From Tubiluchus corallicola (taxonomy: Eukaryota > Animalia > Priapulida), in NCBI GenBank assembly GCA_030141605.1, contig JAQGDQ010001273.1:1-50423 (forward strand): a stretch of DNA of 50,423 nucleotides, in the 5' to 3' direction. Shown piece after piece: positions 1 to 50,423 of the stretch; positions within the stretch are counted from its first letter, which is position 1; each line of letters begins with the position of its first letter. The notes under the pieces were generated by a model. That model was given only the letters and a program-made list of their open reading frames with translations, was not told the DNA's origin and ran no database searches. The position numbers were made by a program, and so were the translations under genes.

Positions 1-1185
1 TAAAAAAATAAAGATGACACTTTTCATCATGAACATATAAATTGCCTTTCAGAACTTTATATGCTTATAGACAATAAGAATTCCACTAAACTCAAGGCAC
101 TTACAGGGGACTAGAATATTCGTTTGCATATAAGACAACATCTATCAGAATTGTGGTAAACTACGCAGGTTGAAATTACTTAATCTACAACAGAGGATTT
201 ATAGTTAACACCTTATGTTATCACTGAACTCTCTATAGCATCAATGTTCTGCATACGGTATTAAGGTATTGTAGCGTAGGCGTTGTCCACAGATATGCTC
301 TTGTAAGTAGGAGAAAGATTTCTGTTCTTGCCAAGGGAGATGGAGTTTGGTGTGTCCGTCTGCTTGCTTTTGTCTGGTATTCTGGAATTTAATACAATTA
401 GTGTTTATGACTAATTAGAGTTTGTTGGTGTTTACTATTTAGCATGGTTGTTGAATGGTCTGTCTAGAGAGGTTTGACATGCTCTTTCATTAACACGGTC
501 CTGACAAATAGCGAGGTTGAAACAACACAAAGTTGTATCTTATATTATAATACGCAATTGAGTAACGAGTACAGTTATAGACAGTGTGACGAGATGGCCG
601 CGGGTAGCACCTTAATACCATATGCAGAACATTGATGCTATTGAGAGAGTTCAGTGATATTTTACATGCAGATTATTTGACCGTTGTCAACTTGGTGTTT
701 TTTTCACGTATGGAAAAAATGCCGTGTAAAACATGCCATAAATTAGTAGATTTGTCATTTGGTGATTTCTTTTATGCTGCTACCCAAAATTTACGTGGTC
801 ACAATTTCAAATTGTTCTAACATTATGTGTGGTTTTTTTTGGTTTTTGTGGGTTTGGTTGTTTTTTTTGTTTTTTGTGTGAAAATGTGATACAATGATTA
901 CATTACAATTACATTACTGGTACGCAGTTATTAAAATGTACAGCACAAACGAAGCGACAAAATATAAGCTTTTCGTGGGCGGGTAAAAGTATTTTCTAGC
1001 ACACTGCGCAGGAATGATATTGTTTGTGAAATATTGCCTAACCTGTAGAAAGAATATCGCGATGCTGCAACTTGGTGTATTTTACCCCTTTCACCGGCTA
1101 CAGAAAGAAAAAATGTGTCGATCTGACACACCTTCTGCGTACCCCTGGCATTGCTGTTGCGTACCCCCGGTTGGGAACCACTGTT

Positions 1186-1670
1186 CTAGATTAAGTGTAT
1201 GCACATATTCGTTCACAAATAGAGTAGTGCCTATCTGGAATGATCTTAATTATGACGTGGCTAATGCACCAAACATTGCCATTTTTGACAGCAGACTTAA
1301 CGAGCTGCAACTTTTTAAGCTACTGCCATTTTGATCGTCTTATGTAAGCTATTTTTTTCTTTACTGCATGTAATGTCTCTCCGTTATAAGTTTTTTTAAG
1401 TTTTTAAGTTCTTTCTCTCCTTTAAATGATGTACATGTATTTGTTTTATAACTGTGATTGTAAACATATTGTAAATTAGTTTATATTGTTTTTCAGAGTG
1501 GTTGACTTTGGTAACTTTTAGTTTTTCGCCACCCTTGCACCAATAACTTGAACATCATTAACTCACATAATTTATTCATTAAATAATCTTGTCACTTTGT
1601 ATCATATTATCGTTTCATGCTCTGTGTTTTTCTTGTAAAAAAGGTGTTAAATAAATATACTTACTTATAT
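1186..1670 (+). mobile_element. 3' end fragment of a CR1/L2-group LINE
   Basis: YSFTNRVVPIWNDL...FDSRL resembles the conserved ORF2 C-terminus; followed by a T-rich UTR and an AATAAA/short-repeat tail. Confidence 0.6.
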
Positions 1671-3986
1671 GTCTAGCATGAGTGCTATGTGCCTGCTGCC
1701 ATTTTCTTTTATAAAAAAGTATTTTATAAATGTTCTTAAATAAATAAAAGAAACAATCCACACATAATTAGATTAGTTGTTCATTAATATAATTTTATTT
1801 TCTAATTTTATACAATTTCTGATTGACACCTATTGTTATTACATGAATTATATCAAGCTACGATTGCACAGACAACTAACACATCTTATCAGAGGCCAAT
1901 AAAGTAGTTTCGGAAAATCGCACAGTAAAAGCTACTCACAGGCCATTAGCTACGTGTTTTACTCAAGATTGCCCAACACTGAAATTAACGTTCTAGGCAG
2001 AACCTGGTCGAACGGGTTCAACAGTTTTAGAATTTTGCCGATGTGCGTCAACCGTTTTGAAATCTGATAGCAAAAAACCAGAAAGATATTCGGTCGTTTC
2101 GTCACGAAATCAACAAGTCCCAGGGTATAAGTACTGTCAACCGACGAGCAACCTTCGCACGATGACAGTGCAGAACAGTGTAAAACATTGTAAAATACTG
2201 TGTGAAATCATACGACATTTACTGCAAGTATCTATCTAACCGTAATAATGACAACAATGGAATGCAGAAAGCATTAAAATCATAGATAACTTTGCAGCTA
2301 GGCGGCACACAAAAAAGTGATTAATATTAGTCAACAGCAAAATATAAACGATCACCATGTTCATATAGAAGGTCAGCCAATAAAACTGAAGCGAATTGAA
2401 ATCCCAATACAATACACAGTTTCATTTCAATTCAAACATTTTTGACACCTAACAAAGAGATGGCAAGAACAATAGCTAATTGATTGCTTATATGTCTTCT
2501 TGCAGCTTCAGTGGCCTTAAACTATAATTATTTAAGATTTAACTTTTATTTATTCCGTAAAGAAAATCATTTGAATTGAAATGCATACAATCTTACAGCA
2601 ATTTCAATTCAGCTTAGTTTTTTGGCAGATCTCCCAACAATACACAAATCACAACTTAGTGCTGCACTAGCTTTACTATCCTATCTAATATTTACTTGTT
2701 AAATAATAAATCATCGCTATTTTAATAAAACACGGTTATATACAGAGCAAAATCTAATACAGCAAATAATTAGTCAGTGGTTATGATTGTAAAGCTACCA
2801 ACAACGTGTATAAGGTCAACATTAAATAATAACCACGAAAATACTGTGAAAAAGGCCAGTTATTTTACACAAACATTAAAACATGCTACACGATTAGCTC
2901 GATGGACTAATCGCAGCTTGAAACTGTCGCTACTATTTATGCAAAATGTGCAAACTTGACTAATCTGTTTGTGGTCGGACCAGACAACATTAACCAAGCC
3001 CCGTTCTGGAGCCACGGCGCTTAAACCAACAACGCTTTCGTTGGCAAAAAATTAAACCAATTACAAAAATGTTTAACAGCAAGGAAATTATACCATTATA
3101 AATTTGTTTGCTGATACTAAACTACAGCGAGGTTTATATAATCAGACGGCAACAAACTTCGACTTAATGGGTAAATGAGCAGCTCGTTAATACACCCTAA
3201 CGAGTTTTAGAAAAAATGTATGTACTTAACGGAGTAAAAAATCATTTGAGAAGACTTGAGTACTATATGCACGAAAAAAGAGTGATTACACATTCTGACA
3301 ATATATGGTAATATTTGACAATTTCATCGAATTAAAACAATTTCACACCGAATGCTAACAGCTCGGAATATGGCAAGGAGGGGGCTGTAACTTTTGTGAG
3401 GCTGCATTGCTAGTATAGCGTGCACCGTTTATAGCCTATACAAAAGAGAGGGGCATGTAATATAGTGTAGTCCATCATAAGTAACTTCACAGAGTATCCT
3501 GCAGTAATAATGTAAACTACAGTTGTATAATGCCATCTTATTTACAACAAAACAGAATCAAATACTGCAGTTACAGTAAAAACAGAGATTCTTAGAAATA
3601 AATAAACGCAATAGACGCTAAGCACACAGAAAAATGTGTAAGAGTACCGGGATTTTTTAGGAATGAATGCTTACATCATTCAGCCGACTTGATTAGTTCA
3701 AACACGAAATGCATCTATCTGACAACTTTTTCATATAACTGGGCGCGCAAAAATAAATAAAAATAGAAAAACAAAAAAACAAAAATGCAAAAAATGGCGA
3801 CATTGCGCTATCGTAATGTAGAGCAAAACACAAAGTTTTAAAAGACTTGTGTTTGATCCAAGAGATTCAAAAATGAAGCTGTTAAGGTTGCTACGCACAA
3901 AGTTGGAAATTCAAGATTTACCTAAAAACAGCAAAATTCAACAAACGAAAAGACACTTAGTTTATTAGAAACGAATGAGTATTATG

Positions 3987-4389
3987 CAGTGATGGGAGTA
4001 AGATGTTACAAATGTAACTAGTTACAAAGATACGAGGATTTTGTAACTGTAACAACTTACAATTTTTAGTAGTAACTCATAACTGTAACTACTTCCTTTT
4101 TCGTTGTAACTAACAACTGCAATAGTTACTATGCTAATGGTGGAGAAGAAACTGTAACTGTAACTAGTTACTATTCTAATAACGGAGAAGAAACTGTAAC
4201 TGTAACTAGTTACTTTTCTAATGGCGGAGAAGAAACTATAACTGTAAAACTAGTTACCTTTTTAACGGTGAAGAAGAAACTGTAACTGTAATTAGTTACC
4301 ATTTTGACAGCATAACTGTAGAGTCATTGTCAAAAATGTAACTGTAATTGTAAGAGTTACTTTTGTACAAGCTACTTATCCCAACACTG
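3987..4389. mobile_element. hAT-like MITE with internal (AACTGT)-rich repeats
   Basis: Termini CAGTGATGGGA / TCCCAACACTG; flanks GTATTATG / TTACTATG (6 of 8 match). Confidence 0.65.
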
Positions 4390-4765
4390 TTACTATGTTT
4401 CTAAACAGTTTATGAGTTCATCGTAAACAAGATGCTAATCTTAGGTATAACAGTATTAACTTTTACATAATAAGTAACAAATTATCCTCATTTCTCACCT
4501 AGAATTCGAAATGTTCAATTAGTTTGTTAACAAAATACACGATGATTGAAAACATTTCCTGTAGCGCATGAATAATAATAGCTGTCAATGGCAAATAAAG
4601 TACGCTTCAAGCGATGAGTTATTTAGTAACTCATGTTCTTAGTAACTGCAACAATCAAACCTCGTTTAATGAACGATCACAAATCACCGTGATTCTGAAT
4701 AAACTTACAATGGTAAAATTTTTGTACTATGATTAACATATAATCGACCTGTATACTGATCAGTG

Positions 4766-5754
4766 CATAGGCGTATGGGCAAAGCTTCAGAAGGGGGTGC
4801 ATAAGGAATTTGTCCAAAAAATTTTGCAAGTTGCCCTAGTTTGAAAGGAGGGGGCAATGACCGCCTGACATGCCATGGTAATTGCAATAATAACAGTAAC
4901 AATATCGGAATGCCCATAGTGTATCTCGACACTAGGCGGAGGAGCTGCACAAGCAGCCAATGGCTAGAGGGCGGAGGAGGTCAAGTGACCCAACGGTCAT
5001 GTGTAGAGGAGTAAACCTTCCAAATCAGGAGTGGAGCCCCGAAGGCGGACCAGTGCAGCATGCTCACTGACTCCGGCAGCTCCTGCAGCCAACCTGGTGC
5101 CAAACGTATCGCTCTGCTTTCCTTTGGACTACACCAGGGAGGAAGAGAGGGGGTTCCTGTTGTCTGGGCAACTCAGGATCTCCATACACCTTGCCCAGGC
5201 GTGCGCCCTGGAGACGTTCAAGGATCGGACTCTCTTGGCGCACACTCCATCGTCTTCCGAGACAGAAGGATGCCAACAACAGCATACAAAGAAGTCCAAA
5301 TGATTAAAAGCAATTAGTAAATAATGAGGAGTCTAACAAGACAAAAGTCAAAGGTTTGCATTTTCACTGAACAAACAGGCAAATAACTTTTTTCTAACGT
5401 TTCAGAAATTCAAAAGAAATAGTGGCGATGGTTTACGTTTTCCTTTTGCAAACATGTTTATAACTTTGCCTGCACATTGAGAAGCGTATACTTAACAAGC
5501 GTAAGATGGACTTAATGAGATTTAGTGAACTAAAATTACAAGAAACTTTAATTGCCAGCCTGTGAAAAGAGCTAGGCGTAAAACAGTACATAAGCAGTTT
5601 TTAAATATGGAAATCTTCAATTATGAAATTTTAGAATAGAATTATTTGCCTGAAAATAATCAGATTTTGCCCTGAAAATGTACAATTCATTTGCATTTGC
5701 CCTGGGAGGGTAACCGCACCCCCCTCCCACGAACCTCCGCCTCATACGCCTATG
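4766..5754. mobile_element. hAT-like MITE containing a SINE insertion
   Basis: 12-bp perfect TIR CATAGGCGTATG; flanks GATCAGTG / GATCAGTC. Confidence 0.8.
4906..5280 (+). mobile_element. Headless copy of the RTE-like SINE body, nested inside a hAT MITE
   Basis: High identity to 45047-45470, with an internal deletion near 5228. Confidence 0.8.
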
Positions 5755-6324
5755 GATCAGTCATCACAATGTTAGGCCTGCAGTGTAACTATGAAACAAA
5801 CAATCATATACGAGTTATCAGCTAATTCAAACAACTTACTAACTCCAACGTTTGGCCAACAAGAAACAACACACAAGTCACACACACACACATATATATA
5901 ATTATATATCATATGGATTTATATAGAAAAAATAAAAATGCACAGGTGACAATGCGAAAACGCGAAACAAAATAAACAGCGGAATAGAGCGAGTAATAAA
6001 TAATGTGACACGGTAATCTCAGCTTTAAGATACGAAATAATTTACATCAATATTTACTTATTTACCTACTCACCAACCTAGTGCCACCTAGTGTACAAAT
6101 TGTCAAGCGTCTTAAACGATATTTGGCAACTTCAACTGTGAATTGTTTAGAACAGGAATCACAAACTCTCTAGGTGAAGCACCGCGTTCGAAGATTTCCC
6201 ATATTTTTCTACAGCGGTCTACAGAGGAGTCACGATTCCTATCACAGAAATCCGGTGAAACACAAAATGTGGGCGGAGCAACGTTATTGACTGCGCCCAA
6301 ATTTTACAGTCAAGTGCCCGAGAA

Positions 6325-47361
<41,037 letters not shown>

Positions 47362-47778
47362 TTAATCAAAATGAAACAACGTCAAAATTCGATATGGAAC
47401 CATAAACAAATTGTGGATGTGCCCAGTCCACGCCAAGAAACGGCAAAAAATCAGTATTGAACTGCGCGATAGACCTGCAATTTATTAAAATAACAGATCA
47501 GAAAAAGTGCTTAAGAACGTGCTAAAGGTTATTACCATTTAGACAAATAAAAAATTAGATTTAAGAAGACTGAAACACAAATTATTACTTCATGATTTAG
47601 AGATTTGAAGCAATTCTAACCAATTTAAACTATTAACTAATTATTAAAGTAGATGGTGACTTAAAAATTAACTGGTGACAACTTTGGCTTGAAAATACAA
47701 CTAGTGACTGTTCAATTGTAACAAAATAGACAAAGCAATGCAAGTATCACCAAACGACATGATCAGCATAACGGCAAC

Positions 47779-50423
47779 AGAAAAGTTGAGAAATTTGTGG
47801 CAGGAAATGTTGAGAAATTTGTGGCAGGAAATGTTGAGAAATTTGTGGCAGGAATTGTTGAGAAATTTGTGGCAGGAAATGTTGAGAAATTTGTGGCAGG
47901 AAATGTTGAGAAATTTGTGGCAGGAATTGTTGAGAAATTTGTGGCAGGAAATGTTGAGAAAATCGTGGCAGGATATATTGAGAAATTCGTGGCAGGAAAA
48001 GTTGAGAAATTTGTGGCAGGAAAAGTTGAGAAATTTGTGGCAGGAAATGTTGAGAAATTTGTGGCCGGAAATGTTGAGAAAATCGTGGCAGGAAATGTTG
48101 AGAAATTTGTGGCAGGAAATGTTGAGAAATTTGTGGCAACTATGTAGCATTTTTGATGTTTATATCTTTAGCTGTTATATAAAATGCATGTGAGTTTTTA
48201 GAGAGAGTTTACATCCCGGAAAGGGCTCCTGATTTGGGGCGCAACGAGCACGAATGCCGTACATCATTAAACACACCTTTATCTTTGGCATCAGTAGCAG
48301 TAATTATTGAAATTGTGCATGTGTAATTATGCAAACTTGGACAACGGATAACCCATTTTGCAGTTGCTGTGCATCTTTCCTGTTCCAGTGATTGCTCTAC
48401 ACGATGTAAAATGTTCAATTTTTAAGTGTTTGTGCATTTTTTTGGTAACGCGCTAAACATACATACTTTACACCTGGGGTGTGCAAATTTCGGCCCGTGG
48501 GCCATTTGCGGCCTGCCGAGAGAATTTGTGCGGCCCGCGAAGAGATTTGTCAACCTAATGAAAGTGCGGCCCGGGCGATTAATTGAGTGTATCCAGCTGA
48601 AGTCCGTGCCACGATCCCAAAGATAGTGCGGGTAGTTTTTTCTACTAGATCGGATGCCATTAACCCTTACAAGACGATTGTAGCTTAATGTCACTGTACT
48701 ACACAGACTGTGTGATACACATTACTAATATGCATTGTAATGAAATTACCACTATCTGTACTGAAAGTAGAAATATATGGTTTGTAATATAAATTTTAAT
48801 ATAAAATAGTCTCTTGAGTGATGTACGCAGGTCGGATACAAAAAAAATCGTTATTAGGTCCTACTGTACTTGGCTCCTTGATCAAAGTGCCTGTGGCCCG
48901 CAGGAATTGTGGGAAAGTTTAATGTGACCCGTCTAGTCAGATAATTTGCACCCCTGCTTTACACCATTCTTTAGACCTTTTCAAGCTCTACAAATCCCAG
49001 TATAGTTTTCTTCATAATGGTAATTGCCAGCTGTGTACAGTAGTCCAAATTAAAAGCAAAAATGCAAATTTGGAAAAACTGACCTATACTTAAACAAAAT
49101 GCACATTCTTTGAAGTTTGAGTTTGAAGATTCAGTTTATTTCTCTGCTGCATTAAAACAACTGAAATGTCACTTATTTACAAATAGTAATAAACATAGTG
49201 TGCTTTACATAGAATTTACGTACCAACTATACTTTCGTAGAGTAAACGAGAAATTTTCTGCATATTGCACAATAGTTACACTACACTCTCTATTCTTATT
49301 CTTGCAACATGGGAAATCTTTTCGGTTTAGTTGTTTGGTGACTAACCCAAGGCAATAACCATATCTTTGGTGATTAGAAGAGTTCTGTCACTTGATTTTT
49401 CATATTAGCCATGTTACCTGCAAAGCCACACATCTACAGGCTTTGCTTAGACACATGTCCACATTTGTTTACATAGGACGGCATATGCCATCAGATAGTT
49501 TGTAAGCGTTAACACATTGAATATCATCCATACTTTTCTAATGTCAGTAAGAAATGACCTTTTTAATCATCATCATCATACGCCCGTCACGTCTATTGTA
49601 GACATTGGGCAGGCAGAATTCTAAAATGAAAGAAATCTGCCTTCAGACAAGTAAACGCAGCAGTAAACCAGCAAAAAAACTAGACACTGCTATGCCAGTG
49701 GCTTGTCAGCACCACTTCCGTTAAAAATTACGCTACACGCTTTACTTGTATACCTGCAACATGAGAAATCTTCTCACCAAACTTGTTTGCTTGCAACATG
49801 AGAAATCTTCTCACCTTACTTGTATGCCTGCAACATGAGAAATCTTCTCACCTTACTTGTACTCTTCCAACATGGGAAATCTTCTCACCTTACTTGTTTG
49901 CTTGATGATTAGATGAGGATCTGTCACATGAGTTCACAACTTACTCACTTTAGTATAATGAAATAGTGACTCTACAACTACTTTCCTAGACATGTCTGTA
50001 TTTGTTTTTCTTAAGACAGCATATCCCATCTAAATAACTTTAAAAACAAAACAGTAGGGGGCAGCATATGCAGTCTTGTAACTTTTCAGAGTAAAAACTA
50101 CTTGGTTGGTCATCACATGGCAAGCTCCCACTTTCGCTCATCAACAGCACTGATCACGCACAGCCCACATACTCGTGTGGTCAGGAGTCCTGGTCATCAC
50201 ATGGCTAGCTCCCACTTTCGCTCATCAACAGCACTGATCACGCACAGCCCACATACTCGTATGGTCAGGAGTCCTGGTCATCACATGGCAAGCTCCCCAC
50301 TTTCGCTCATCAACAGCACTGATCACGCTCAGCCCACGTACTCGTGTGGTCAGGAGTCCTGGTCATCACATGGCAAGCTCCCCACTTTCGCTCATCAACA
50401 GCACTGATCACGCACAGCCCACA
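47779..50423. repeat. Right arm of the inverted duplication (runs off the window)
   Basis: As above; only a handful of substitutions seen by eye. Confidence 0.95.
48474..48956. mobile_element. hAT MITE family B, copy inside the inverted duplication
   Basis: Reverse complement of 42334-42816 including its TSD. Confidence 0.85.

Noticed and set aside
5031-5317. Recurrent short ORFs (MEPRRRTS..., MLTDSGSS...) at three loci
   Set aside because: They lie in the SINE body and have different ends in each copy; not a host gene.

Overview
AT-rich, intron-rich eukaryotic (invertebrate animal-like) genomic DNA. The minus strand carries the last 13 coding exons (about 710 aa, stop at 6325) of a clathrin heavy chain gene; its 5' part lies beyond the right edge of the window. 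A 22.7-kb clathrin intron (14338-37024) holds three intact, paralogous, two-exon class A (rhodopsin-like) orphan GPCR genes on the opposite strand. The introns are packed with hAT- and Tc1/pogo-type MITEs, LINE and transposase relics, a solo LTR and many minisatellites. Most notable: (1) a near-identical inverted duplication of at least 2.6 kb brackets four clathrin exons that total exactly 681 nt, phase 0 to phase 0, which suits a stop-free circRNA or in-frame skipping; (2) the GPCR3 intron carries a ladder of duplicated, in-frame AG|GT splice sites separated by (CAT)n; (3) a chimeric 5S rRNA-headed, RTE-derived SINE has an 11-bp target-site duplication; (4) a solo LTR with an hsp70-like HSE+TATA promoter points antisense to GPCR2. 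All calls were made by eye from sequence and motifs; no searches were run.
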